This document shows positions 42,780 to 59,747 of a stretch of 64,000 bases of DNA, piece by piece. A model generated the notes under the pieces. The model did not search any database. It saw nothing but the letters and a program-made list of their open reading frames with translations, and had not been told where the DNA came from. The stretch lies in assembly GCF_009914755.1 (NCBI RefSeq), contig NC_060933.1; one strand, written 5' to 3'. How positions within the stretch are numbered: the stretch's first letter is position 1; every line of letters starts with the position of its first letter. Source of the DNA: the human T2T-CHM13v2.0 reference genome, Homo sapiens. The position numbers were made by a program, and so were the translations under genes.

Positions 42780-44253
42780 ATAGTTTTCAGATTTTGTTCT
42801 TTCATGCGGACACGTCTTCACTGAAAGCCCAGCATATGACTGGGTCGGTGGCATCCTGCCATCCTGGAAATGTCACAATTCATTGTGTCCAACAACGTTC
42901 TCTTTCCAACCAACACTTCAAGTTCTGCTCAGCTTACTAGAGAGAGTTCAAAGGGCACATCTTCCAACCGCAAACCCTATGCTCAAAGGATTTGCTTCTT
43001 CTAATACCCTTAACCCAGTATTTTTTACGTGTGTTATGGCAGTTTTTACATTCTGCCTTTTACAACTTTATTTGTATACTTATCTCATCTCTCTGTTAGA
43101 CTCTCCATCTTTTGAGCAAAAGAATCATTTTCTATAGGGAGAGACTGTGTGGGCTTTGAAGCAATTCTGGCATGCCTTGCCCACTTTCCAGCTGCATAAC
43201 TTTGGGCACCTTCCTTAACGTCTTCAAGACCCAGTTACTACATCCCCAAAATGGGGACAGTGATGTCTCTCCCGAGGCCCATCAGGATGTTTCAATCAGA
43301 AAATGCATGCACAATGCCTAAAACATGCCCAGCACACAGCTAATGTGCAATTAACAACCATTGACTTCCCCTTCCTCTTACTCATCCTTGAGTCTTCCAC
43401 AGCACCAAACACAGTTCTTTTTCCTTTAGATGATTAAATGGTAAATGAAGGAGTGGGGGAAAGTAGGTTGGTTTGAAAGGTTTTGAAAGTATTGCAAAAT
43501 CCTTTCAGGAAAACAGATATTAACACTACCTTTTAAAATAAGAGCTCTCAAATAAGCATATTAAAGAGGAAATAGCACAGGACTGTGCTTTGCATATTAA
43601 CTGATCTGAAAACCATCCAGAGATGGAAGCCATTTGGGATGCCTCCAAAAATATTGCCTGTGACCCTCCACCTTTCAGACATTGGCCATGTATCAGTGGT
43701 TGTGAACTCTGCTGAGCCTCTGCCTTCTATGGAATTGGGGTAGAGTCTACAGCTGAGGAGAGCAGCCTGGGAAGCTTGCATGGAGTTCTGGACCTCAAAA
43801 AATGCCCACCAGCCTCTTAATAGGTTGAGCACTTGCTCCTTCCTCTGTTCAGAGCGTTCCCCATTAAAAACTCCAGCCTGTTTTTGTAAAGTTGGCCCCA
43901 ATGACTCCATGGAGCCTTTCTGAGTTGCCCAGCTGCAGAACACTTTGCTTGTCACTGTTATCGCTGTTTACCACATTCTGATTGTGTTATTGTCATTGAT
44001 ATATTTCTCTTACCTATTCCTGTGCCATCATTAGAGTATATGCACAGAGAAGATACTCCATATGTTTATGTAAAAATAAAATGTTCATTCATTAAGATAC
44101 AGGTCAGGGAAGCCCCTGAATAACCACTGGTGTGATTTTTTAATTTATCCCCACCAAAAACAAAAGATTTCTTCCACCATGGGAACATTCTTTCAGAGGT
44201 TCATTGGTAAAAGCCAACTTACTTAAAGAAGTCAATTAGAAAACTGTAGTAGC

Positions 44254-44561
44254 AGCGTGGTGTGGTGGCTCATGCCTGTAATTCCAGCATTTTGGAAGGC
44301 CGAGGCGGGCAGATCACTTGAGGTCAGAGTTGGAGACCAGCCTGGCCAATATGGCAAAACCCCATCACTACTAAAAATACAAAAATTAGCTGGGTATGGT
44401 GGCACACACCTAAAAAATCCCAATTACTCGGGAGGTTGAGCCCGGGAGGCGGAGGTCGCAGTGAACTGAGATCGCGCCACTGCACTCCAGCCTGGGCGAC
44501 AGAGTGAGTGAGACTCCATCTCAAAAAAAAAAACAACAAAAACAAACAAACAAACAAACAA
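44254..44561 (+). mobile_element. Alu (AluS) with a small right-arm deletion and (CAAA)n tail
   Basis: TSD aaaactgtagt(a/g)gc. Confidence 0.9.
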
Positions 44562-44683
44562 AAAACTGTAGTGGCTACTAGTTTAAATTGTTGAAGGAAG
44601 AAAAGTTTTTGTGGGGAGGGCACATGAGTGGAGGATACCAGGGATAAAACAGACACCAGCAAAGAGACCTCAATGGAGGTTTA

Positions 44684-44912
<229 letters not shown>

Positions 44913-46624
44913 GGAGGTTTATGCACACAGTGTGGGAGGTACAAGGGTTGAAAGCATGAGGCTTTCCAGTGTTGAGAGCAGGAAGAACTTTAGGGCACAG
45001 GGACACAGAGTCAGAGATAAGACTGTCTGGCCCACCTGCCAGGATTTTGTACAATCACGCTGCATAATGATTCTTGAAAATACAAACATTGCCGGGACTG
45101 ACTGACAAGTATTGTTCCAGCGGGGAGAGCTGTCAGGGCAAATCAATCCAATTCTACCACATGCCAGTGTGTAGAACAGATATAATTTTGGCTGTTCGGG
45201 GATGTCAAAGCGAAGGATGTACCGTATGTGTATTTTGAAATGTGGTGTTCTTTTTAGTCTAACAGCTTGAAAGATTTCTGGGGCTTTCCCCCCTTGGCTT
45301 TTTTCTAGAAGTTTTGGGAATTTAACTTCAAATAATTCCATTGCTTTTATCTGCTGTAACATGCAGGTTAAATTAAGCCTTTCTCCCTCCACTCCTATGG
45401 ACACTTGCTCTCATTTGGGGTATTAAACATTAGTCTAGTGAGGAAAGGGCCATTTGCTGGCATTGGATGTTGTATGAGGCATCTATAGGTCCCTGGTGCC
45501 CTCCCAGAAATGTAAAGTTGATTTGCAGCAGGCTATCTAGTCGATCACTGCAACAAATAAATGCAAGGCTAAATAGAGAGGCTTAGGATGGCTCGCGTGT
45601 CTAGGCCCCTTGGGAATCTCTGAAGGTCCACTTGCTCCTTCGGTGCCCCAGTGCTATGAGGGCTTGAGGCCCTCAGAAGTTAGCTCACTGAAAATCTCTC
45701 TTCTCTGTTCAGAATTTTTCTGTGCCCCCACCCCACTGCCCTCTCTGCACCTTCCCTAGGAATCTCTTCCAGCAGTTATCTCCTCTGCCTTCTTCTCTTC
45801 TCTTCTTCTTTTTTTTTTTTTTTGGAGCTATTTTATTTCTGACCCTCAACTATTCCTCTTAACTTACAAATACTCTCAAACCTCACAACAGCCCCTAACC
45901 CCCATGTGCTGGAGCCATGGTGCTGTCTCTAGATGGACCTGTCTGCCCCTGCATCCTCCGCCCCCTCCCGTTTCCCACAGGCTCGGCCTCCATTCTTCAG
46001 TCCTGGCTTCCATTTCCTCACTTCCCATTCAGGACACCACCCAGGGTAGGCTGCCTTCTATTGTCTTCGTGATCATGATCCATGGCCCTCTCCTGCCTCT
46101 GATTAGTTCATTTTCATCTTGTTTTCTGTCTTTCCCTGATTTTCCTCATAGTCATTCTTTGAGGATTCGTTTTTGGTGACATCCTCTGTACCATTAGGGG
46201 TCACAGATCTGACTGCAGCTTCTGTGGCTGGGGACAGCACCTCCCACAAGAGTCTTGCTGAGCTGCGGACTTTTGACAGGCAAAAGGCCGGAGAGGAAAG
46301 ATGGATGAGGGATGGGAAGGAGCCCGCCCTCAGCTCTGTACCAGCCTCTGTGAGGACAAGTTCTAGTGCTATGCCCTCACTGGCTTCCTTGCTTCCAGTT
46401 TTAGTCCAGCCAGATGAATCTCTCTAAAGACTTGCCCTGATCACTTCTTACCATGCTCAAAGGTCTTCAATAGCTCCCCAGGACTCACATATATAATGTA
46501 AAATCATGGACTCAATGCCTGTGGAGTGTGTGAGCTGGGGCAGACCTAAGATGCCATGTAGTCCAAACTCCCTTATTTAACAATGAGGAAGGGGAGGCAC
46601 AGAGAAGGAAGTCATATTTACTAG

Positions 46625-47347
<723 letters not shown>

Positions 47348-50142
47348 TAATAAAATAGTTTTGGTTGTCTCATGTATTCCAGGCTCAGCAGTGGATTGGG
47401 GAAATTACACCTATTTGTCAACTCCATGCCCAAAGCATTCTTGAGTATGCCCATAGGTGTTTATTTTAATGTCCTTATGATAAGAACTGTGGACTCCTTA
47501 TGCAATGCCTTGGGTGAAGATAGCTTTTGTGTCATGTGTTCATTTCTTATTGATCTCTGTTATGAGTACTATTTTTAGGAAACTCACTTCTTACTCTGGA
47601 GACATTTTTGAGGACATTGATCATTGTGCCTATCGGCATCCCTTTTGTAAAATCGATTTGAAACATTCCTTTGAAAACAAACTGTCATGAAGAATCTTAC
47701 TTCATGAAGAAGGGATCGCTGTGTTTTTATTTATGAGTAGCCAAAATTTTGTAAATTATTGTGTTTTCTTTTTGGCTTCTCCTGCCAGCAAGCTTAGGAT
47801 CAAATTATGACTTAAGTTTAATAACCACTGAGGACCCAAGAATCTTCATGCTTGCATTTCTACTTAACACCTTGTCTTAACTTCCTATTTTATTTCTCTT
47901 GACTTCAGTTATTATTACAGTTTTTGTTTTTCTTTGTGTCATTTATAGTACCTAAAATCTTTTGTGAATGGAGCAAAGATGTAAGTAAATGGCATGAAAG
48001 ATATAAGTACATGGGTTTTTCTGCCCTTTAGGTTATAAGGTCCTTGAAGACAGGGATTATTTTACTCTTCTCTTTTTCTAGGCCCTAGAAAATGCTGAGG
48101 CACTTTTAGTAGGTGCATAGTAAAAGTTTATTGAACTAAATTGTTAGAAATAGACCTCTGATTTCCTAGATAGGCACAGCTGAACTCATATGCTTTCTCT
48201 TTTGCTTGTTTTTTGTAAGAAGGCCAAGGCAAGGTATGTTGTAGTGGAAAGAATTCAAACCCTGCCTCTTACTAATTATACAATCTCACATGAGTTATTT
48301 AGCTAATCCACTCCTCCTCTTTGTTTCCTTAGTTTGAAAATGGAGGTAAGAATACCCTTCCAGATTGCTATGACAATTGGTAAGTCCTGTAAATCTCAGC
48401 ACATTCTCTGGCCCATAATAACAATCAGCACAGGTTAGGCACCCTGTTGCCTCCCTATTTCCTGATTTCACTGGAAACAGTACTTGGAAAAGGATAAGTA
48501 AGTGGATTGCTCTATGGCCACAAGTAAGTCAATTAACTGAGGTGTCATCTGTAAAATAAGTGTGGCTATTGACCTCATTCAGAGGGATATGAAATTAATT
48601 GATGATAATGCACATTGGGAATTTTTGCTGAGAAGTGCTTCAGAATGGCTCAGTCTTGTTACGTGCTCTATTTCATCCTTAATATTATTTATGAATATTT
48701 AGCCTTTTCTTGTTCTGGTGTGTTTTATGTCTGTGGTCTTAATTGCATTTATTTTTTAATTTAGTACCAACTTGTATCTTAATAAAAATGTAGGTGAAAC
48801 TTTAAAACATAGTTTCTATCTTTCACACAAATTTGTTTTTATAAGGTGGATGATTTTACCTGATTCAATATGCTGCTAATACATGAAGATATTTGGAAAA
48901 TCATTTTTGTTAATTTTATTTTATATCAAGTTCAAGCATTTTTTGAAGTATTTAACATTTACATTCTGCTTTTAACATTCATATTTTATATTTATCAGTA
49001 GTTTTCTAATGAAATTGTTTATTAGGAGATGTGCGGCTCATTTCAGATGATAAACATGAGTGTTTCAAGTATTTCTAGTAGAAAAGATATCAACTAAATG
49101 AAATACCTGTTTTCACTTTAATGTCAGGAAACCCTCTCTGTCTTCAGTATGAATCAGTGTCCTCTATTTCAGAGTCCAAGGGTTGCTTTTCTGAGAGGGA
49201 GGGAACCTGAATCCTAGCTGGGTCACCTTCTAGCTGTGTGGCCCCGGGAAAGTCATGTCACTGTGCCAAGCCTCTCACTGATCTGTCAAACCCGAGGGAG
49301 CCAGTCTCGATGATCTTTAAGTTCTTTTCCTATCACAGTATTCAGTCCTGGGAGATGGAACTGCTAAAGGCAGGCTCTGCATTTAGGACCACAGGGAAAC
49401 CGAGAGAGAGAATTTCGGGAACTCCCAGTACAGGCCATTATCTTTTAGAGTATATTAGTTTTAATCTTTCTCCTGAAAACTTTAAGATCTCTCTCTTTTT
49501 AACTGCAGGTTGCTTTATCCTTGTCATATATTAGATACTGAATAAATGTCTCTGTTGAAAGTCCATATGTTTAGTGGAATAAGTCCACTGGGCCAAGAGT
49601 ATCTATGAAACCCCATTATTGAGGAAATGGGAAAGGCACATTTCCTGAGACCTTAAATGAATAAAGTTATATTTATTTTTTATTAGTTTTAGATTTCATA
49701 GCAATGGGTATAGACATAGAGTAATACTTTATCTATTGCCTGTGTGTATATATGGAATATGTACTTCTGGGAGGAATCTATACCAGAATTTGATTTAAGC
49801 AATCTGAAACTACAAGCATCTATGTCAGCTGCTGAAGACACATTGCGACACAATGCATTTTTCAGGACTCTAATGTGATACGAACACAGAGCTGGAAGTC
49901 AGTTCACTTCTGGCACTCATGGGACAAATGACCAAGGGCACCACATTTCCATTCTGAAAAATTCCATCAGTGACAGGGTTGCCCAGACAGGGTGCAGATC
50001 ACACGAGTTTGGTGGTGTATTTCCTATAGCTCTTATTTGATTCCTCCTTTTCCTTTGGCAGGGTGAATTTTACACAGAAATTTTTCTATAAAACTCTTTT
50101 TTTTAAATTAAGTGATTGTTTTGAGTTTTCCTTCAAATCTAG

Positions 50143-50512
<370 letters not shown>

Positions 50513-51732
50513 TGATTTGCTCAAGTCTCCAAAGTTAAGAGCAGCAGATTGGCTGATCACAGAGAAAGGAAGCATGTGAGAATTTTGCATGCTTATGTGA
50601 TAGCTTATTTATCATGGAATCCTTAGGCATGCTTCACTCAGGATATTTTGTGTAAAGTGAATCAAAAATGTCCACAGAGCCCTTCAAGATACTGATATTC
50701 AAAGTCTTAGACCACAATGAGATAGGAGTTTGTCCAGAATGTGAATCAGGGCATTGCTTCCTTCATTACAAAAGTCTTACTCTCAGGAAAAGTTAGCCTA
50801 ATGTCACACAATCAGCCAAACTAAACCTTTGGATGTCTGGCCTCTTAGCTCCACTGCTGAAAGCTGGAGGAGAAATGGCAGCCCAGTGTTGTTACAGCTT
50901 AGGCAGGTTACTGAGCCTTTCTGAGCTCGGCCCCTGAGAAGGAAGGCACTGGTAGGGTGGAGAGGGAAAATGTGGGCCCAGAGCTCAGTGGGTGAGAGGA
51001 GCAACCGAGATGTCAGCAGAGGTGGTGCAGGGTAATGGCTCCCTAAGATAGAAGCTTCAAGACAGCTGGGGCTCTAGCACGAGGGAGAGGGAGTAAAGGA
51101 TCAGAAATCAGGTGTGTAAGCCCTGAAGTACCAGGGGATGAGGGATAGAGATGGCGTCCAATTGAGAGGCTTGGGCATCCTTGGTGCATTGCCGAGGTTT
51201 TATTTAAATCAGGGAGGTAAAGGGATGTTTAAGGAGAGTTGAGGAAATAAGGAGCTTGTGGAGTCACAGGCAGTGAGCTCAGAGTACACCGTGGAGGGGT
51301 GTCCAGGGGAGCTGAAGGGGCATAAGCGATCCACATTGGGAGGATAGTGTCTGGATAACTAGAGACTTCCTGTGGTGTTGTAGGGAAATGGAAAATGGGC
51401 AAGTTGGGATGAGTTTTGATGCCTTCTTAAAGGAGAATGGGAAGACGTTCTTAGCTCAATGACAGGAAAGCTTCAGATTAGATGTTCTTCCCACTGCTGC
51501 CATCCCAGAGAATAGAGCTATTTTATCACCTACAGGCTTAGAAGAGTTGACCTCAATTAACTCAAATAACATAGTCAAGTAGTACTTGTCTGTGGTTATC
51601 ATTATTAAACATATTTTTTCACAGATATTTATAAATCACCAATTGTATGCACAGCACTGTGAGGCCCTGTCAGGAATACAAATACAAAATTCCTGTGCCC
51701 CTAAGTAGCTCAGTCTTAAAAAAGAGAAATTT

Positions 51733-52016
51733 GGCCAGGCACGGTGGCTCACACCTGTAATCCCAGCACTTTGGGAGGCCAAGGTGGGTGGATCACGAGG
51801 TCAGGAGTTTAAGATCAGCCTGGCCAATATGGTGAAACCCCATCTCTACTAAAAATACAAAAACATTAGCCAGGTGTGGTGGCACACACCTGTAGTCTCA
51901 GCTACTCAGGAGGCTGAGGCAGAAGAATTGCTTGAACCTGGGAGGCGGAGGTTGCAGTGAGCCGAGATTGTTCCACTGCACTCCAGCCTGGGCGACAGAG
52001 CGAGACTCTGTCTCAA

Positions 52017-52042
<26 letters not shown>
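51733..52042 (+). mobile_element. Alu (AluSg-like) with A/(GA)n tail
   Basis: gatcacgaggtcaggagtt diagnostic. TSD agagaaattt. Confidence 0.92.
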
Positions 52043-52047
<5 letters not shown>

Positions 52048-52739
52048 AATTTATTCCATTTAGAGAGAATACATTGGCAAAAGGACACTGCTCAGATTAT
52101 CGGTGCCCCAAAACATAACAAAGCAGATAAATGCAAATATAGTAGCCCATTTCCTAAAGAAAAGATGCAGCTCTCCTGCTTTCAAGGTCAACGTGGAAAA
52201 ACTGCTTTAATCAATTTTAGTTTTGGAAATAATGAAATTGTGGCTTTGGCCTTAAAAACTTATTTTCCACCAAATTTTTCTCCTGCTTGGACTGCGAAAA
52301 GAAAGAAGGTATGTAATAAAATGCAAAAAAAAAAAAAAACAAAAAAAACCAACGTTAAATACTTGCCTTGCTCTGGTTAGAGTGAGAAGTAAATCAAGTG
52401 GGAATTTAATTCCCAATGAACATGTGACAACCAGGGAGTTAAATATTAGATTTAAATAGGGCAGCTAATTATCTGCAAGAATTACATTTGTGTCTTTATA
52501 TGGGCACTCTCCCTAATGAACACATTTCTCTCCTCTTAAATTCAGTCGTTGTCACTGGAGCATGAGAAATTAATATACGTTCTTATATTCATCAATATTG
52601 TTGCTCATAAAAAGACCTTTTGATTTTTATCACCCTGAGTTCCCAGAGGCTCACAAAAGCATTCATAGCTCTGAACCACATGAATTATCGGGGGGAAAGA
52701 AAAATCCCATTAAATCAAAATCTTAATTACCACTTGCAT

Positions 52740-53190
52740 TTTCTATAAAGTTGTGTCCAAAAAGAAACCAAGCAGGCTGTCCATCAACATAGAATGGATA
52801 AATACATGGTGGTACAGTCCTTCCACAGAATATTATACAGTGGTATAAGGGAAATAATTCATACTACACACACAATACAGCCCAATCTCAAGGACACCGT
52901 TGAGAGAGAGATTCAAGATCTGCAAGAATTCGTACTGTATAACTCCATTTAATGTAGGTTCAGAAACAGGTGAAGCTGAACAAGCTCTGGGAGATAAGTA
53001 GGAATGTAGGTACAATCAGGAAAGAACACACTGGTGCTTCAAATTTACTGGTGATATTCTATTTCTTAAATGGGATGGTGGGTTCATAGGTATCCATTTT
53101 ATTATTATTATTTACTGCAGTTTAAATTAAACTGCAGATATATGGTTTATATTTTCGTATAATGCAGTTCACAATCAATTAAAAAAACAT
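52740..53190 (+). mobile_element. L1ME-type 3' fragment
   Basis: tgtccatcaacatagaatggataaatacatggtggtac...tgatattctatttctt...ggtgggttcataggt. Confidence 0.6.
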
Positions 53191-54568
53191 TTTAAAAAAT
53201 GTTATCAAGTTACACCGCAGTACTAAATCTCTACTTTGAGTTGCACGAGGCATCAGGAGATATTTAGGGCTCGGTCTTAACCTTGGGAGCTTACAGATGT
53301 GATATAATTGTGGGATACATCAGAATACGAACAAGCTATGACAGAATGTGAGTTCACAGGAAGAGGTCTTTGGTGGTCAAAGTGGTCCTGGAAAGCTCTA
53401 TGAGAGAGTAAGAATTTGAACGGGGCTTTGAAGGATGAACTAAGCAGAGAGGAAGCCTGGCAATTGTTTTTACTTTTTTCTCTATTTCTCTTATAAATTA
53501 AGTCTCTGCTCATGTTTAGTACAGTTTACAATTGAAAAGAGACTTTGTGAAGTAGAAGAAAACACATGAACTCTGGAATCAGACAGACTCGGGTTCAAAT
53601 CCCAATTCCATTCCCAGACTGTAAATCTTGGAAATTCCTGCAGACTGTTTTCCTACTTGTAAAATGCAGAGAGGATTATGTCATGGGATTGTGAGACTGA
53701 AATGAGAGAATATAGTTGGCCACACATTCCAAGCTCTAGAGGGCATCACAATCTCTTTTTAATGCACTACCATTCAGCAACAAGGAGTTCAGAAAATAAT
53801 ACCAGCCAAGACCCAGCGGAACTCCCGTGCTAAGGGACTCAACATTTAACGTGCTGAGTGAGGAGGCACAGCTCACATGTACTTCTGTCCTCTGCAGGGT
53901 CTCCTTGTGGGCCTGTCCTCCATGACCTCTGTCCTTTGGTGTGCTCCCTCTCTGGTTTCCACCTTGCAGCCAATGAGCTTCTGAGGACCCTTAACTGCCT
54001 CCTGCCTTGTGCACCAAGAGGGTGTATGGATGAATGACTTGAGCCGTCGCTGCTCCAGACTGTAGGGAGGAACATTCTCTTGTCCTGGGATTCATCTGCT
54101 TTTGTCTCTTCTTGGCCTTGGAGAGCCAAGACTGAGCCATGATTTTAAAACACGGCTAAGGAAGCTAGTCCTTAATGCAGACGTCTAGATGTTTCTGATC
54201 CAAACAAAGGAAGTCAGTGAGGCCCAACCATGTTTTAGCCCACCCCACTAGAAGGCTAAAACTGAGGTGAGGCCAAAACCTTAATTAACAATGCAAAGAT
54301 CTTGCATTTTCCTTTTGTATCCTCTGACTCTGTCTCCCTTAGGAATCTGAGATGGCTTAACCAATAATTCAGGATTGCTAGCTATCTCTCTGCTTTGCCC
54401 TGCTGGACACACTGCTAACAAATATATGCAAAGCATCTGGCTTATAAGAAGCCTGCCATTAATGTGAATTTCTCATTTCTCCCCTTTTTTACTCTATAAA
54501 GTTTATCAAGGATATTTTGCAGTCAGCAACTAGGTATCTACTTTAGTTTTATCAGAAACAATAACTGA

Positions 54569-54928
<360 letters not shown>

Positions 54929-57900
54929 TAACCATGATCACACTTACGTGTGGAAATTTAACTCTATTTTATTATATTTTGGTGGCCAATGCAGGAGTAA
55001 ATTGTTCCTGCTATGATGGATGTATTCAAATTCCTTTAAACTAAATGGACAGTGGAAAGGACATTTGGGGCACATCCAACTGTCAGAGGTTCTTCTCAGT
55101 GGCCACTGACAAGTCTGCAGGCTGTGAAGAGCTCTGAGCTACTCTTCCAAGTCCATGCTAACTGAATTTTGGATGGAAGTCAGTGGGGCCAAACAGAATT
55201 CGACCAGCTGAGTCCTTCCTGAAGACTCACATGTGTCTCCTCAAATTGTTAGGTGCTTGTTCCAAGCTCAGCTGAAGCTTGTGTCAGGTTTATGGTTCTG
55301 GAAGGAAGGATTGTGGACTTCACTTCCCCTCTCAGCCTCTGTGCCACTCAATTCTCTACCCTGACCCTCCCAGATGCGTACAAATCTCCAGGGTTTTATA
55401 TAGCACAGGCATGATTTCATCCAGGGCTGGATGGCATCTCCTGTGGAATTCACCACCCAAGGAGACATAGTGGTTTTACTAAAATGAAGACTGAAAGTCC
55501 TCCATCATAGTCACGTCCTCATAAACTCAAAAAGGAGTCCTGGTCTTCAATTAGATAATCATTATGATTGAAGGGGATACAATTTCCACTGAGCTCTCTA
55601 AAACACAAGAATTAACAAAAATAGCACAAAAGGCTTCAGGTATTTTACATATATTTTTCAAAAAATTTTTAACTCACCAAAATAATGGGTAATATATATT
55701 TAAAACACTTAAAAGGGGCATATATTTATAAAATGAATTAAGCTCCAAATGAATATGGACATGGCTAATGTAATAAAATGTAAGTTCTTGACATAATATA
55801 AGATTATTGAGTTTTTTGCTGTTTTATTTCTGCCAAACAGGAAACATTTTTACAAATGGCATTTATTTACTAGTCATAACCAGGACAACTTTTCATTTTA
55901 GAAAATCAGGAGTCTATTCCATTACTGTTATACTTAACATTAAAATGTTTCAGTACATACATAATGGGCACAACTGAGAAATAAAATTATTCTTGGAGTC
56001 ATCCAGCAGACTAAATGGTTTTTATTAAAGTTTATCCAAATAGAAAATCTGTACATTTGCTTTGTCACCAAAAGAAACTAACCAAGGTGGCATGATACTC
56101 CTAAACTCTCAGAGAAGACTCCTAAACTCTGCACTTTGGGGTGAATAAAGAACAGGCCTTCCTAGGAATGATAAATGTAAACATTTTTCAAATAAACATC
56201 ATCTCCCCAAGATGGACAAATGGAGGGGGAGAGAGAGAGAGGAGAGAGGAGAGGAAGGAGATCCTAGAGAGATGTGAGGGTGAATGGGGTAGAAGGTGGC
56301 AAAGTGAGAATCTTGTAGTCATTATGGAGATGTTTAATTCTTGCTTTTGCTATTACTTCCTCTTTTACTTACTCAAAAAGTTTTGTTTGTCATTGTTTAG
56401 CACAAAATGTTCAGAACATTTGGCAGTGTTAAATCTGCAGTCTCTGTTTTCTTCTTACTGTATCTTTTTTTTCCCCCTTTTGGTTAAATGAGACCAAAAG
56501 GTAGCTCTATTTTTGTAAATTCATAGTTTGATCACATGTTAGAGCTGGAAGAATCTTTGGGAACATCTAATCCTAGGCTAGCCATGTATTATAGACAAGG
56601 AATCTTAAGACTCTGGATTTGTGTTCTGGGTGCATATTTTGTACTGCCACCCAGGAAGCTAAGTCAGACCTTCAGACTCTGCAGGTGTCACAAGATGGAC
56701 TCTTTGAATGTAAAGAAATCCTGGGAGACTAGGGAATCCTAGATGAGAGTGTAGAAATAGCTAAGAAACCTCAGGCAGATATAGAGATAGAGCCAACAGA
56801 TTTCTCAGTGGGTATGGCCTTTCATCTTAGTACCACTTCTTGCCCTGTGCCTACTTCTCTGTACTTCTTGCAATACCTTTAAGGAGAGTGTGTTGCGTAG
56901 CTGAATCCAGGGCACCCTCAGCTTATGTGTTATATTTCCTTCCAAACATATGCTCAAATAGGACTTCAGGGCTTGGACAACTAACAGTGAAGAGTCAGCT
57001 GGTGACAGTGATGTTTAGCCTAGTAGCTGGGTTGGCATTAAAAGACATCTTATGCCATTCCAGTTTCCTGCCCACGGCATGCTTCTGTTTGGGCATATGT
57101 CCCATTATCACTGTCAGTGAGGCCCCTCTCTAGTTTATATCCCAATCACATTCCTAGTTCCACCTCTGAACCAGACCTAGGGCCTAGTCTTCACATACAT
57201 CCTGGCTTTGCCAAGTAAGTATTTGCAAAGTAATGACCTATGATGAGTGCTTCTTTAATCAACACTGCTTAAAAAAAAGGAAAAACAAGATTTAATTCTT
57301 TGTTAAATCCCAACTCTTCTCTTTGCTAGTTTCATTCTTGTTGAAATTCAAATGAAACTATCATCTGTCATCTCAAATAAGGAGGACAAAGTGCCTGCAG
57401 ACTAAAAATTCATTCTAACTTCATGGTCACAAACTTAAGAAGTCTCATGTCAGTGACCTTACATGTGAATTTTTTTTTTTTAAATGAGAGGTTTTGCTTA
57501 TGTTTGCTAGAGTAATTTCAAGCTTCAGAGAGGATGTTTATTTCAACTCTCTGGGATTCAGAGGCTGCAGCCACGTAAGGGACTAGCTGGACCTTCCACA
57601 GGCTCCAGGCTGAATTGGATCAGAATAACCCATGGACCTTTCACAGAGCTGTCACTCACCAGCCTGACCTGCTCATTTTTAGGGCTTTAGGCCTATTGAA
57701 AGTGTATTCAAAGACTATCCAAAGGAGCCTGGGAAGAAAATGTCTATAGTTCAGCCCTGACCACAATGAAGGGATTTTTTAAAGGAATGAAACCAACTGA
57801 ATGCAGCTGCCAGGGATTGCACAGCTTCTCACCTCTATGGAGTGACTGCCGGGCTTGCTCCTCTTCCATTGGAGACACCCAGGGATGTTTGACAGCCTTT

Positions 57901-58924
57901 CTGCTGTTGCTTAGCAACCCCTGCTGCATTGATTATGCATGCTAAGAAATAGCAGCTATTGTCCTTTTTCCTTCTCTAGAAGGAGCTGACTCTGGTGTGA
58001 AATCTAAGGCTTTACGTTCAGATTGACAGATGTCAGATTCCTGTAAATTCTGGTGTTGATGATTTAAGAGCTTGAGGGATCCATAGGAAGAGATTTAGGG
58101 TGGAAGTGATCCTAAGGCATGTGCACAACACTTGAGGGCACACAGAGCTGAGCATGCCTCTCCCATCAGAGTATTTGCTTGTTTGGATCCAACCAGATTG
58201 TCCCTTTCCTGATATCTTTGGATGACCTTTGTTTTTTTAGTGAAATTGATCTATCAACCATTTTTTTTTCCCTTTGCACTGAGTTATAATCAAAGAACCC
58301 ATAGAGAGGAGGAGAAGCAGAGAAACCAGTCTTTGATCAAACTGAGTTACTTTACCTTTAAGTAAGTCAATTGCCAAGGAAACGCTTCATCGCAGTTTCC
58401 CTGCATTAACTGTGGATGCATTAGCTATTTTTGGCTCCATCCAACCTGTATTTCCAAAGCTGCAATTCCTATAACATTTCCTTGTACTATGAATCCACAT
58501 TGATTTTTGCTTTTTAAATATATCCACAAGTGTGCATCGTGGGATTCATGGTCTCTCCTCCCCTCCCCACTAACTCAGGTGTATTTCTAGAAACATAAAA
58601 TGCTGAATAGGAGAGAGACCTTAGAAATCATATATATAACCCAAGCCTCATGTTTTATGGATGAGAAAACTGAGACTCAAGGAAGTTGAGTGACTTCCCC
58701 AAGGTGTAAGTTAAAGTGAATCAGAGGTGTTGTACAGGAAGAAGACTTGGCAAGATAAAAAATGGTAAAATTTGACTTCAGCAAGCACTTTCGTTGGAAT
58801 CTGACTTAGGATTTTTGCTTTTCATGTTTCCAAATTCTTTCTTGTCAACAGAGAAAATGATGATGTTTTTCTCCACCAAGAGTTTGGAAAAGTTTTCTGA
58901 TAAACCCTCTAGCACATAATGAGG

Positions 58925-59305
58925 CAGGCCCCAAGTGGCATCCAACATGTTTCTTCCATTTCCATGTCGGGATGGCCCCTACCCAGCCTCTTGGCCCAGG
59001 TAACTCCCATCCACGCATCAGCTCTCAGTTCAAGTTGTCCCTCTTGGGAAGGATGTGCCTTGTTTGCTCCTCCATCTAGGTCACATCTCCATGACATATG
59101 CTATTAAAACATCTGTACTTGTCCTTTATAGCATTTGTCAATATTTTAAAATTATATATATATATTTCTGGGCTTATTTAATGAATGGCATTGAATGTCT
59201 GTCTCCTCTAGTAGAGTGGCATATTCCCCAGGATGGCAATAGTGCCTTTTAGCACATTGCCTCATATGTAGTAGTATGCAGTAAATGCTTGTTGAATGAA
59301 TGAAG
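58925..59305 (+). mobile_element. L2 3' end
   Basis: Ends tagcacattgcc...taaatgcttgttgaatgaatgaa. Confidence 0.6.
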
Positions 59306-59377
59306 GGATGGATGGGTGGGTGCATGGAAGAACAAAAAGATCATGAAAATAATAGCCTTTTGATAAATAGAGAGTTG

Positions 59378-59747
<370 letters not shown>

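Noticed and set aside
54244-54258. CTCF-like cccactagaaggcta
   Set aside because: Mismatch in the core; not supportable without ChIP or PWM scoring.
56097-56130. 13-bp direct repeat actcctaaactct, and similar short duplications near 31410 and 41782
   Set aside because: Two copies only; ordinary slippage, not an array.
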